This document shows, in pieces, positions 36,821 through 46,462 of a stretch of 64,000 bases of DNA; the first letter of the stretch is position 1, and the number at the start of each line of letters is the position of its first letter. The notes beneath the pieces were generated by a model. That model did no database searches. It was not told the origin of the DNA and saw only the letters and a program-made list of their open reading frames with translations. Made by a program: the position numbers and the translations under genes. The DNA comes from an uncultured archaeon. GTDB taxonomy: Archaea; Altiarchaeota; Altiarchaeia; JAFGQM01. The stretch covers positions 1 to 64,000 of the forward strand of contig CAZQBY010000003.1 in NCBI GenBank assembly GCA_964592405.1, in the 5' to 3' direction.

Positions 36821-37812
36821 CGTCCCCCCCATGCCTTGCGCCTGAGGCGCATCCCCGCCCTCGGGTCGGCCTCCCCCTCCCGTATGGTGCGGCCTGTGTA
36901 GTGCAGGAATACATCGTCAAGCGAGGGTTTTCTGAGGCTCACCGATTCCACGGTGATGCCCTCCTTCTCCATGAAGCGCATCAGGGCAGGTATCTTCTCC
37001 TCGCCCTTCTCTACGCGGACGTCTATATACCCGTTGTGCTTGACGGCGGACTTGACCCAGCCGAGACCCAAAAGTCGGGATACGCGGGGGTCACCATCAC
37101 TGCACTTCAACGAAATGACATCTCCGCCCAGCTTGTTTTTGAGGCTTTCGGGCGCATCTACTGTGATAATCTTTCCGTGGTCTATTATGGCGAGCTTGTC
37201 GCAGACCTTGTCCGCCTCGTCCATGTAATGCGTTGTCAGTATTATGGTGATGCTCTCGGATTTGTTCAGCTTCTTTATGTACTCCCATATGCTGGCCCGG
37301 GTCTGGGGATCCAGACCTAGGGTGGGCTCGTCGAGGAAAAGCACCTTGGGATGATGGAGGAGGCCGCGGGCTATCTCCAGGCGCCTCTTCATGCCGCCGG
37401 AGAACTTCTTCACCACGACGTTGAGCCGGTCGCCCAGCTCCACGATGCCCATCAGCTCAGCGATGCGCTCGTCCCTGATGTCTTTGGAAATCCCATACAT
37501 GGACGCATGTATCTCCAGATTCTCCCTTGCGGTCAGCTCGTCATCGAGGCTTGGATCCTGAAAGACTATGCCGATGCTTTTTCTCACAGAGTCCGCTTGT
37601 TTTGAGATATCGAAGCCGTTGACAAGGGCAGTCCCGGAGGTTGGCCGACGCATTGTGACAAGCATGGATATCAGGGTTGTCTTGCCGGCGCCATTGGGAC
37701 CAAGGAGACCAAATATTGTACCTGCCTCCACCGACAGGCTGACTGAATCAACAGCGGTGAAATCGCCATATGCCTTCGTTAGGCCTTTGGCTTCAATTGC
37801 ATTTTTAGTCAT
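36817..37812 (-). CDS. ABC exporter ATP-binding protein (DrrA-like)
   Basis: GPNGAGKT, FSGGMKRR, LFLDEPT, TTHYMDEA. Confidence 0.95.
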   Translation of the reverse strand: MTKNAIEAKGLTKAYGDFTAVDSVSLSVEAGTIFGLLGPNGAGKTTLISMLVTMRRPTSGTALVNGFDISKQADSVRKSIGIVFQDPSLDDELTARENLEIHASMYGISKDIRDERIAELMGIVELGDRLNVVVKKFSGGMKRRLEIARGLLHHPKVLFLDEPTLGLDPQTRASIWEYIKKLNKSESITIILTTHYMDEADKVCDKLAIIDHGKIITVDAPESLKNKLGGDVISLKCSDGDPRVSRLLGLGWVKSAVKHNGYIDVRVEKGEEKIPALMRFMEKEGITVESVSLRKPSLDDVFLHYTGRTIREGEADPRAGMRLRRKAWGGR

Positions 37813-37892
37813 TGCGCGCGCCATCCCGGGATATTTGAGGTGGGGGGATTAAAAATGGGGGCTCGGAGGACATTGCAACCGGCGAGGCCCAC

Positions 37893-38615
37893 CTATCTTT
37901 TTCGTTGGCCAAATTTGTCCACGCTACCAAGTATCCTCCTTGTCAGGCGGTCGCCCTTCTCTAGGAACTCCCCGGCCATGCTCCTGAGTATCCTGTTCTC
38001 CCTAACCCAGCCATAGACGAGGAAGAATGCTGAGGCTCCTGTCACGACCATGAATACTATTGTTGGGGTAAGAAAGGGCACGAGTCCAAGAGCCATATAC
38101 CACCAGAAGACTATTGCGACAGCGCCCCCAATGCTTATGGCTATTATGGCGCGCTTAAGGCGTATCCTGAGGAAATATGCCACAATTCCCGCAACATAAA
38201 CCCCATAGGCAAAACTTACAAGACCCAAAGCCATGTAAAAACCCAGATCGCCGAAGCTGCGTCTGAAGCTGAGGGTTAGCTCGCCCGCTCTGCCCACTAT
38301 CTCTCTCCGGCTTTTGTGGATATAGGTTGCAACCTTATCAAGAATCTTGTTCTCAAACCGCTTCTCGGTAGGAAGGAGATGTAGTATGGAGTAAAGGAAC
38401 AGAACCGAAAGCAACTCAAAGAGCAGGAGCAGAGAGAGGTGCGCCAGGGGCCTGAAAAGAGGATTGCCCAGACCGTAAGATATTGCCATTCCCGGGCCGA
38501 AGACCACGGATATGAATAGGAACTGGGTCAGGAAAGTGGTTCTTAAGAGGCGAAGGAGGAGCAGAGCAGCTGTTATGAGAAGTATCAATGGAACAAGGAA
38601 TCGCCTAGATTTCAT
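37893..38615 (-). CDS. Membrane protein, small multidrug export (COG2426)-like
   Basis: Multiple TM; GVYVAGIVAYFL..AIIAISIG pattern. Confidence 0.55.
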   Translation of the reverse strand: MKSRRFLVPLILLITAALLLLRLLRTTFLTQFLFISVVFGPGMAISYGLGNPLFRPLAHLSLLLLFELLSVLFLYSILHLLPTEKRFENKILDKVATYIHKSRREIVGRAGELTLSFRRSFGDLGFYMALGLVSFAYGVYVAGIVAYFLRIRLKRAIIAISIGGAVAIVFWWYMALGLVPFLTPTIVFMVVTGASAFFLVYGWVRENRILRSMAGEFLEKGDRLTRRILGSVDKFGQRKR

Positions 38616-38715
38616 GAATTATGTTCGGTCTTTGGGGATAAAAAAGGCTTTATGGTCCAACCGGGGGGGCATTCCGGAGAGTAGACTTTTTATAGGATTA
38701 TCTACAAACATAAGG

Positions 38716-38765
38716 AACTCCGCGTGGAATGTGGGGGGTAACCCTGAACCGAAGAGGAGGTTGAA
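38716..38765 (+). promoter_or_regulatory. Putative structured rpl15e leader
   Basis: CTCC/GGAG pairing overlaps the SD; GGG-GTAA-CCC GNRA hairpin; eL15 leaders are described in archaea. Confidence 0.4.
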
Positions 38766-39365
38766 ATGAACGAAAAAAAATTTCTTACTGTAATAGAGCC
38801 GAAGAGGAGGGCAGCTGTGCTAGCCCTCAAAGAGAAGGACCCGGACGAATACAAGCAGACCATAAAGGAGCTGCGGCAGGTTTGGGTCGGAAGGGGCCGC
38901 ATCTGGAGGAAGGGCGAAGCAGTGGTGAAGGAGAAAAAACCACTCAAGGCATGGCGGGCTAGGGAATTAGGCTGGAAGGACAAACCCGGTCTCATCGCAG
39001 TTGTGGTTCGTGTTGGGAAGGGTAACCGCAAGAGAAGACAGACCTCTGGCGGAAGAAAACCCGCAAAGGCTTATGATTACGCGACCCTTGACAAGTCGAA
39101 GCAGACGCAGGCTGAGGAGCGCGCAAACCGCAAGTTTCCCAACTGCGAGGTGCTTGGTTCCTACTGGCTCTGGGAGGATGGCCAATATAAGTATTTTGAG
39201 GTTATACTAGCTGATCCAAACAATCCCCATGTAAAGAATGACAAAGAGCTGAACTGGATATGCTCGGGCAAACAAAAGGGGAGAGTATATCGCGGTCTTA
39301 CGCCCTCTGGAAAGAAGAGCAGGGGGCTTAGGGGAAAAGGCAAAGGCGCTGAGAAGGTGAGATAA
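38766..39365 (+). CDS. rpl15e: 50S ribosomal protein L15e
   Basis: ARELGW, VRVGKG, AEERANRKFPNCEVLGSYW..EDGQYKYFEVILADP, RVYRGLT. Confidence 0.95.
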   Translation: MNEKKFLTVIEPKRRAAVLALKEKDPDEYKQTIKELRQVWVGRGRIWRKGEAVVKEKKPLKAWRARELGWKDKPGLIAVVVRVGKGNRKRRQTSGGRKPAKAYDYATLDKSKQTQAEERANRKFPNCEVLGSYWLWEDGQYKYFEVILADPNNPHVKNDKELNWICSGKQKGRVYRGLTPSGKKSRGLRGKGKGAEKVR

Positions 39366-39366
39366 A

Positions 39367-40506
39367 ATGTTATTTGCAAAAAGGATAGTGGATGTGCCGC
39401 CATCTGCAACGTTCAAGTATGCTGCAATGGCCAAGAGGGAAGGTATTATAAACCTGACTATAGGCAGACCGGGCTTTGATACCCCGAGGATTATTGTCGA
39501 AGCGGCCAAGAAGGCGCTTGATGAGGGCAAGCACCACTATGGTCCCAGCAAGGGCATTCCGGAGCTGAGGGAGAAGATTGCAGAGAAGCTCGTCAGGGAG
39601 AATGGCCTTAAAGACATTGATAGTGAAAAGATTATTGTCAGCATGGGGGCCAAGAATATCCTCTATGAGATATTCACGGTTATGATAAATGATGGTGAAA
39701 AGGTCGCTATACCAAATCCCTCGTGGGTCAGCTATGAGAGCATGGTAACGCTGGCAGGAGGCAAGACTGTATGGATACCGCTAAAGCCGGAAAATGGTTT
39801 CATCCCGGACGAGGACTTTCTCACGGAGCTGGACAACTCTGGAGCCAAGATGGTTGTCATAAACAGCCCCAACAACCCTACTGGTGCAGTCTATCCAAAA
39901 GAGACTCTCAGGGAGATAATCAAGATAGCAAAGGCTAATGATATGTGGATTATCTCGGATGAGTGCTATGAGACAATAATCTATGATGAAAAGCACTTCA
40001 GCATAGGTTCTGAGTATGACAAAACCATAACTGTCAATGCCTTCTCAAAGCCGTTTTCCATGACCGGATGGCGGCTAGGTTATGCAGCATGCCCGGAATT
40101 TGAGGTTATTGAGAAGATGAATATCCTGCAACAGCAGTCCGTCTCAAATCCAGTCACATTTGCCCAATACGGCGCGCTGGCCTGTTTCACAGACGAGGCA
40201 CGGGAGGCCGCGAGCAGGATGAGAGATGAGTTCAGAAAGAGGCGCGATTATTCGATGAAGAGGATAAAGGACTTCAACTGCACATGTCTGAAACCGGGCG
40301 GAGCATTCTATATCTTCCCATATTTTGAAGGACAGGATGATGTAGAACTAGCAGATAGTCTCCTAGAAGCTGGTGTAGGGACTGTTCCCGGTTCGCCGTT
40401 TGGCACACAGGGGAGAGGCTGTATCCGCATCAGTTACGGCAATGCTGATGTAAGAATCCTGAAAGAGGCCTTTGACCGAATGGCGACCGTAAAGGGGCTG
40501 GTATGA
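39367..40506 (+). CDS. PLP-dependent class I/II aminotransferase (aspartate aminotransferase-like)
   Basis: NSPNNPTG, ISDECY, FSKPFSMTGWRLGY. Confidence 0.95.
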   Translation: MLFAKRIVDVPPSATFKYAAMAKREGIINLTIGRPGFDTPRIIVEAAKKALDEGKHHYGPSKGIPELREKIAEKLVRENGLKDIDSEKIIVSMGAKNILYEIFTVMINDGEKVAIPNPSWVSYESMVTLAGGKTVWIPLKPENGFIPDEDFLTELDNSGAKMVVINSPNNPTGAVYPKETLREIIKIAKANDMWIISDECYETIIYDEKHFSIGSEYDKTITVNAFSKPFSMTGWRLGYAACPEFEVIEKMNILQQQSVSNPVTFAQYGALACFTDEAREAASRMRDEFRKRRDYSMKRIKDFNCTCLKPGGAFYIFPYFEGQDDVELADSLLEAGVGTVPGSPFGTQGRGCIRISYGNADVRILKEAFDRMATVKGLV

Positions 40507-40546
40507 GGCCTTCCCACCTTTTTATTCTTGAACCAGTTAAAGAGAT

Positions 40547-40777
40547 ATGGAGAAGCGGGGTACAGGATATGCCCATGAGATGCTCGTAGCGTTCTTCTTC
40601 CTAATATTGGTTGTAACATTCTACGCCAGCGACTACCAGCTAGCCATGCCTGCCATACTGCTCATGGCGGGTGGAGTTATGATACTTGGGGGGAGTGTTA
40701 TAAAAGAGCCACTTATCATAACGGCTGGTGTTGTGTGTCTGGCCATAGCGCTTATGTATTCAGAAGTATTTAAATAA
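40547..40777 (+). CDS. Small membrane protein
   Basis: Three hydrophobic helices. Confidence 0.6.
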   Translation: MEKRGTGYAHEMLVAFFFLILVVTFYASDYQLAMPAILLMAGGVMILGGSVIKEPLIITAGVVCLAIALMYSEVFK

Positions 40778-40807
40778 TTTAAATAGTTTCCGCCCTTAAG
40801 ATTGGTG

Positions 40808-41647
40808 ATGGATCCGCTCACAATAGCCCTTGTAACCGTATCCATGTTTGTTCTATTCCTGATGCTAACCTCCGGCCACAGAAGACACCGTCTTGAGGAG
40901 GCTCTCAAAAAACTGGAAAAGGAGCGGATGCGCCTGATGAAATCCATAGAGCATGTAAAGCTCTCCTTTTACCACAAGAAACTGGATGAGAAGGAGGCAC
41001 AGGACAGGATATTTGAGTACGAGGAAAAGTTACGTAACGTGCAGGACAGGATACTTGAGATAAAGGAAAAGCCGCTAATGCGCACGATAAAGAAACATGA
41101 GGAGGAAGACAAAAAGGCAGTCAAGGAAGAAGCTGGGGAGATAAGAGAATCGGAAAGGCTGATGATGGCAAACTTTGCAGCGAGATCCGTTGTCATTCTG
41201 TTCGTGATGGCGGCAGTGGCGATAATGGTTGTTTCTGTCATCTTTGGTATACGGTGGGGTGAAACACCATCCGGCTCCAACCCTTTCTTACAGATACCGG
41301 TGAGTGCGCGTATATCACCCGAGGGGAGTACATACCCCGGCAGCTCTGCAGGTCTGAGGGTTGAGATGAGTAACACACTGGACAAAAATCTTGAGGATGT
41401 GAGGGTAACTGTAAGAGCGCCCAAAGGCAGTGGCATAGACTTCGGAGAAGGGGAAATCGGGGTGAAGATAATCCCGGAGCTGGAGAGAGGGGGAGTTAGA
41501 GAAGTCTACTTCCCAATAAGGATAAACCAGGATGCAGAGGAGGGGGAGTATATCATAGGGGTAGAAGCAGAGAATGATTATGATAATCTCAAGGCATCGA
41601 CCACGGCGAGGCTTGTAGTCAGAGTGGGGGCAGAAGAGAATGCTTGA
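40808..41647 (+). CDS. Membrane protein: TM-coiled coil-TM plus CARDB/NEW3-like Ig domain
   Basis: Two TM flanking a coiled coil; C-terminal DAEEGEYIIGVEA Ig-like strand. Confidence 0.75.
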   Translation: MDPLTIALVTVSMFVLFLMLTSGHRRHRLEEALKKLEKERMRLMKSIEHVKLSFYHKKLDEKEAQDRIFEYEEKLRNVQDRILEIKEKPLMRTIKKHEEEDKKAVKEEAGEIRESERLMMANFAARSVVILFVMAAVAIMVVSVIFGIRWGETPSGSNPFLQIPVSARISPEGSTYPGSSAGLRVEMSNTLDKNLEDVRVTVRAPKGSGIDFGEGEIGVKIIPELERGGVREVYFPIRINQDAEEGEYIIGVEAENDYDNLKASTTARLVVRVGAEENA

Positions 41648-42077
41648 TACAATAAGACGGATAAAATGGAGGAACATCGCAGGTCTGACAGCTCTTATAC
41701 TGGTAGTGTTCTTCCTAGTTTATCTTGTATCCTTCATAACCACGCTGTTGTATGGCGACTGTGTGGAAAAGGAGAACATCAAGGTATGTTTTTCTGTCGG
41801 GAAACAGAGTCTGGAGAGATATGGTGCAACGGTCATAACAGCAGAGATAACCAATACGGGCAGGACTGTTTCAGGAGCAGTTGTCAATATGCGGCTCTCA
41901 CCAAATCTGGACAACCTGTCTAGCACCACTCAGGAGGTCGAGACCATGGCCCCGGGCGATACTGTCAAGCGCGAGTTCAGGATAGCCGCCAAGGGTGAAA
42001 GAGGGAGATTCAGGGTGGAATTTGACACAAATTCAGACAACAAGCCGGACAAAGAGATGTTCATCACAGTTGACTAG
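41640..42077 (+). CDS. Membrane-anchored CARDB-like protein
   Basis: N-terminal TM; AEITNTG, MAPGDTVKREF. Confidence 0.7.
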   Translation: MLDTIRRIKWRNIAGLTALILVVFFLVYLVSFITTLLYGDCVEKENIKVCFSVGKQSLERYGATVITAEITNTGRTVSGAVVNMRLSPNLDNLSSTTQEVETMAPGDTVKREFRIAAKGERGRFRVEFDTNSDNKPDKEMFITVD

Positions 42078-42116
42078 GCTTGCTGATCGGTTTTATAGGT
42101 TCTCCTTCTAATTACA

Positions 42117-43250
42117 ATGGGGCAGAAAATGATAGACAGGAGCGAAATCCAGGAGATTGCTGCCGGATATGAAACCGTCACAATTGGTGCGCTCGGATCA
42201 CATTCTGCCTTGGACATCTCAAGGGGCGCCAAGGACGAGGGGTTTAAGACCATTGTTGTCTGCCAGAAGGGCCGCGAGAAGACCTACGACAGGTATTTCA
42301 GAAGCCGGGGCAGCATAGGGGTTGTAGACGAGACCATAATCCTGGACAAATTCAGCCAGATAGCCAACCCTGAGATTGTGAAAAAACTAGTTGAAAAGAA
42401 TACAATATTTTTACCACACAGGTCTTTTGAGGTGTATGTTGGTTATGACAAGATTGAGAATGAGTTTCGGGTTCCCCTTTTTGGTTCACGCAGCATGCTA
42501 CGGGCAGAGGAGAGGACAGCACCTCGCAACCAGTACTGGTTGATGGAACGGGCCGGGATACCCCACCCCAGAATCTACAGGAATGTGGAGGACATTGACC
42601 GGCTTGTCTTGGTCAAGGTGGCAGAGAAGCAGAGGAGCTATGAAAGGGCATTCTTTCTGTGCACCTCTCCGGAAGAGTTTAACAAAAAGGCAGACGACCT
42701 TATCAGGGCAGGGAGGATAACCGAAGATGCACTGAAGGATGCTGTCATTGAGGAATTTGTAATGGGTGCACAGGTAAACTTCAACTATTTCTACTCTCCG
42801 CTGGAGGACCGGCTGGAGCTTTTGGGCACTGACACGCGGAGGCAGACCAACCTGGACGGCATACTGAGGCTGCCGGCGCCACAGCAGCTGGAGGCACTTA
42901 GATATGTGGAGATGCAGTCGATTGAAGCAGGCCATATCGCCACCACGATAAAGGAGTCGCTGCTGGAGCAGGTGTTCGAGCTGGGCGAACGATTTGTCGA
43001 AGTGAGTAAAAGGGAATATCCACCCGGCATAATCGGGCCGTTTGCACTGCAGGCCACTTTTATCCCCGGACCACCGAAGGAGAAGGCTGTCGTCTTTGAC
43101 ATCAGTCTGAGGGTCCAGGGCTCGCCGGGGACCAAGTTCACGCCATATTCGGGCTATCTTTTTGGCGAGGAGATTTCAGTCGGGCGAAGGATTGCTATTG
43201 AGATAAAGAACGCGATTAAGCAGAATAAATTAGAGGAGGTTATAACTTAG
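42117..43250 (+). CDS. purP: PurP-family ATP-grasp protein (FAICAR synthetase-like)
   Basis: LGSHSALDISRGAKDEGF, DTRRQTNLDG, IIGPFALQ, GRRIAIEIK. Confidence 0.9.
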   Translation: MGQKMIDRSEIQEIAAGYETVTIGALGSHSALDISRGAKDEGFKTIVVCQKGREKTYDRYFRSRGSIGVVDETIILDKFSQIANPEIVKKLVEKNTIFLPHRSFEVYVGYDKIENEFRVPLFGSRSMLRAEERTAPRNQYWLMERAGIPHPRIYRNVEDIDRLVLVKVAEKQRSYERAFFLCTSPEEFNKKADDLIRAGRITEDALKDAVIEEFVMGAQVNFNYFYSPLEDRLELLGTDTRRQTNLDGILRLPAPQQLEALRYVEMQSIEAGHIATTIKESLLEQVFELGERFVEVSKREYPPGIIGPFALQATFIPGPPKEKAVVFDISLRVQGSPGTKFTPYSGYLFGEEISVGRRIAIEIKNAIKQNKLEEVIT

Positions 43251-43251
43251 A

Positions 43252-43467
43252 ATGATGAGAAAACCTGGAAAGGGAAGGAGACGTCCAAATAGGCGGCCTA
43301 CGACAGCTGGGGAGTTGCATCGGCAACACAATATCAAAAGATCTGCAGTGAAAGCAGGACTGAAAGCAAAACTGGGAAGAGAACCCACGGAGGCAGAAGT
43401 GAATGCTGAGCTTGCAAGGGTTATTAGCATGGAGAGGCAGAGAAGGGTCCAGCATCTGGATGACTGA
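43252..43467 (+). CDS. Small basic protein with a sigma70 region-3-like LGREPT motif
   Basis: Tightly packed between the purP genes (1-bp and 5-bp gaps); LKAKLGREPTEAEVNAEL. Confidence 0.6.
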   Translation: MMRKPGKGRRRPNRRPTTAGELHRQHNIKRSAVKAGLKAKLGREPTEAEVNAELARVISMERQRRVQHLDD

Positions 43468-43472
43468 AAAGC

Positions 43473-44504
43473 ATGACAAAACCAATCATAACCACTGTAT
43501 GTTCCCACTCGTCGCTGCAGATATTCCACGGCGCGCGCAGGGAGGGGGTGAAGACCCTCGGGATATGCCTAAAGGAGCCGCCCAAGTTCTACGACGCCTT
43601 CCCGCTGGCCAAGCCGGACGAGTTCTTCGTCATTCAGGACTACCAGGACCTTCTCAAGCCCGAGGTGGCCAAAAAGCTGAAGGCCAAGGGTGCTGTCATC
43701 GTGCCACATGGCTCGTTTGTGGAATATATGGGCGCGCAAAACTTCAAGAAGCTGGACATCCCAGTCTACGGCAACAAGGCCGTGCTGGATTGGGAATCAG
43801 ACCGCAGGAAGGAGCGACAGTGGCTGGAGGGGGCAGGCATCCGCATGCCAAGGGAGATAAAAAGGCCCGAGGACATCAATGGCCCGGTCATAGTCAAATA
43901 CCACGGCGCCAAGGGCGGGAGAGGATTCTTTATAGCAAAGAACAGAAGGGAGTTCGATGAGAATGTGGATAAAAGCCAGAAATACACCATCCAGGAGTTC
44001 ATACCCGGGGCGCGCTTCTACTTCCACTATTTCTACTCGCCCCTAAAGGAGGACGGCTACAGGCTGAGCAAAGGCACGCTCGAGCTGCTGTCCATGGACA
44101 AGCGGGTGGAGAGCGACATAGACGAGATATTCAAGCTGGGCTCGATGAGCGAGCTCATGGGCGCCGGCATCACACCTGGATTCACAGTTGCCGGCAACAT
44201 CCAGCTGGTCCTGAGGGAGTCGGTCCTGCCGCGGGTTCTGGAGATGGGTGCGCGCACCGTGGAGGAGAGCATCAGGCTCTTCGGCGGCCTGTGGGGCCCG
44301 TTCTGCCTTGAGTGCATAATCGACAAGGAGCTGAACATCTATGTTTTCGAAATCAGCGCGCGCATAGTGGCCGGGACCAATATAGCAGTCCCCACTTCCC
44401 CATACTCGGCTTTCATACAGCCGGAGCTGACCACGGGCAGGCGCATTGCCCAAGAGCTCAAGCTGGCTGCTGAAAAGGGGAAACTGGATGAGGTGCTGAG
44501 TTAA
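43473..44504 (+). CDS. purP: PurP formate--AICAR ligase
   Basis: CSHSSLQIFHGA, IVPHGSFVEY, GAKGGRG, FEISARIVAGTN. Confidence 0.92.
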   Translation: MTKPIITTVCSHSSLQIFHGARREGVKTLGICLKEPPKFYDAFPLAKPDEFFVIQDYQDLLKPEVAKKLKAKGAVIVPHGSFVEYMGAQNFKKLDIPVYGNKAVLDWESDRRKERQWLEGAGIRMPREIKRPEDINGPVIVKYHGAKGGRGFFIAKNRREFDENVDKSQKYTIQEFIPGARFYFHYFYSPLKEDGYRLSKGTLELLSMDKRVESDIDEIFKLGSMSELMGAGITPGFTVAGNIQLVLRESVLPRVLEMGARTVEESIRLFGGLWGPFCLECIIDKELNIYVFEISARIVAGTNIAVPTSPYSAFIQPELTTGRRIAQELKLAAEKGKLDEVLS

Positions 44505-44575
44505 GGTTTTTAAGACCAATCCACCTAACTACAAGGGCCATTTCCCGGTCTGGATTGGCCAGATAGCAATCTGTT

Positions 44576-45967
44576 ATGATGTCCAAGGACTATGATGTCG
44601 TTATAATAGGTGCCGGGCAGGCCGGCATGTTCGCTGCATACGAGCTAGCAAAGGCCAAAAAGAAGCTTAGAATCCTTCTCATAGATAAGGGCAAGGACAT
44701 AGCCGGCAGGACCAAGAAGAGGGGCGACAAGGCCCATGGATATGCAAACGGTTCTGACATCATGTGTGGCATGGGTGGAGCAGGCACGTGGTCTGATGGG
44801 ACGCTCAATCTGAGACCCGACATAGGGGGGGATCTGGATCTTTTTACGCATGACAACAGCAAATCATGGGAGCTGATAAGGTATGTGGATAGTATATTTC
44901 TGAAGCATGGTGCCCCTAAAAAGCTCTACAAGGCCAGAGACAAAGACACAGAGAATCTCAAGAGAAAGGCAGCATCCGTGGGTGTGGAGTTCATAGAGAT
45001 AGAACAGCGTCATATAGGAAGTGACAAGGCACCTGCAGTCATAAAGAGCTTTGAGGATGAGCTCCGAAGATTGGGGGTGGAGCTACTCATGGAGACGGAA
45101 GTCAAGGATATACTAGTTAAGGGCGGAGTATGCAGTGGGGTTGTACTGAAGAATGGAAAGAAGATAGAATCCAGGAGCGTTATAGCCGCTCCGGGAAGGA
45201 TAGGGGGCGAGTGGATAGACGGAGTCTTTACAAAACACGGGGTGGAATATTCATATGGGCCACTGGATGTTGGTGTAAGGGTTGAAGTCCCCTCTATAGT
45301 GATGGACCCTATAATCAAGATAAACCGCGACCCGAAATTCCACATACATACGAAGAAGTACGATGATTTCATGCGCACCTTCTGCACCAACCATCAGGGC
45401 TTTGTTGTCAAGGAAACATATGAAGGGCATATAGGTGTCAATGGGCATGCAATGCAGGGCCGGAAGTCAAAAAACACGAACTTCGCCTTCCTACAGCGCA
45501 TACAGCTGACCGAACCACTGGAGAACACAACAAAATACGGCAAGTCCATCGGCAAGCTGGCAACAACAATCGGTGGCGGAAAACCCATTGTCCAGAGAAT
45601 GGGTGATTTGTTCAATGGGAGGAGGTCAACATGGGACAGGATAAACCGCAACCGCATCGAGCCCACCCTGAAGGACGTAACGCCGGGCGACATCTCCATG
45701 GCAATGCCCCACAGGATAGTCATGAACATAATAGAGGGGCTGGAGAAGCTGAACGAAGTCATACCCGGTGTGGTGTCCGACTCGACCCTCCTCTACGCGC
45801 CGGAGATAAAGTTCTACTCCACCATGACCAAGGTGGACGAAGATATGCAGACCTCGGTCAAGAACCTGTTCGCCGCGGGTGACGGCTGCGGGCTCTCGAG
45901 GGACATAACCAATGCGGCCGCTACGGGGGTCCTGGCCGCGCGCGGCATACTGAGGAACTTGGACTAA
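44576..45967 (+). CDS. FAD-dependent oxidoreductase (uncharacterised family)
   Basis: IIGAGQAG, GMGGAGTWSDG, RTFCTN..G, LFAAGDGCG. Confidence 0.88.
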   Translation: MMSKDYDVVIIGAGQAGMFAAYELAKAKKKLRILLIDKGKDIAGRTKKRGDKAHGYANGSDIMCGMGGAGTWSDGTLNLRPDIGGDLDLFTHDNSKSWELIRYVDSIFLKHGAPKKLYKARDKDTENLKRKAASVGVEFIEIEQRHIGSDKAPAVIKSFEDELRRLGVELLMETEVKDILVKGGVCSGVVLKNGKKIESRSVIAAPGRIGGEWIDGVFTKHGVEYSYGPLDVGVRVEVPSIVMDPIIKINRDPKFHIHTKKYDDFMRTFCTNHQGFVVKETYEGHIGVNGHAMQGRKSKNTNFAFLQRIQLTEPLENTTKYGKSIGKLATTIGGGKPIVQRMGDLFNGRRSTWDRINRNRIEPTLKDVTPGDISMAMPHRIVMNIIEGLEKLNEVIPGVVSDSTLLYAPEIKFYSTMTKVDEDMQTSVKNLFAAGDGCGLSRDITNAAATGVLAARGILRNLD

Positions 45968-46017
45968 GCTTTTTATAGTTCGCCCTTTATACTTATGAGG
46001 GGGTCTAACTTCTGAAA

Positions 46018-46407
46018 ATGGCCAGGACTATTGATGCTGAGGTCGCTGTGATAATTCTTGTGGGTTTTCTGCTGACGGTCTCTGGTATATACCTCAACTT
46101 CCAGAACTTGGAGCAGGTGCAGAGAAAGAATTTTGAGAATCCCGATGAGATATATCGAAATGAGATAATCTATGGAGTAGTTCAGATAATAGGGATGGCA
46201 ATAATCTTTGTGGGAACCACCCGCGGGCTAATGCGGAGAACCGACATCATGGCAAACAAATTCGTGAACATCATGGACGTGTTCACGACTCTAGTGAAGA
46301 AGCAGATGGAGGTCATCGACAGTACTGAGGCCAGGAGCAATCTCAGGGAGATAGAGGAGAAAAGCCAGAGGTTCAAGGACGAAATGAAGACCCTGAAGAG
46401 GATTTAG
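46018..46407 (+). CDS. Hypothetical membrane protein
   Basis: Two TM helices and a coiled-coil C-terminus. Confidence 0.65.
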   Translation: MARTIDAEVAVIILVGFLLTVSGIYLNFQNLEQVQRKNFENPDEIYRNEIIYGVVQIIGMAIIFVGTTRGLMRRTDIMANKFVNIMDVFTTLVKKQMEVIDSTEARSNLREIEEKSQRFKDEMKTLKRI

Positions 46408-46462
46408 CAGCATGTCTAGGGCGGCACGTCGCCTTTTTACGCTTTCCCTTCTAGTTTAACCC

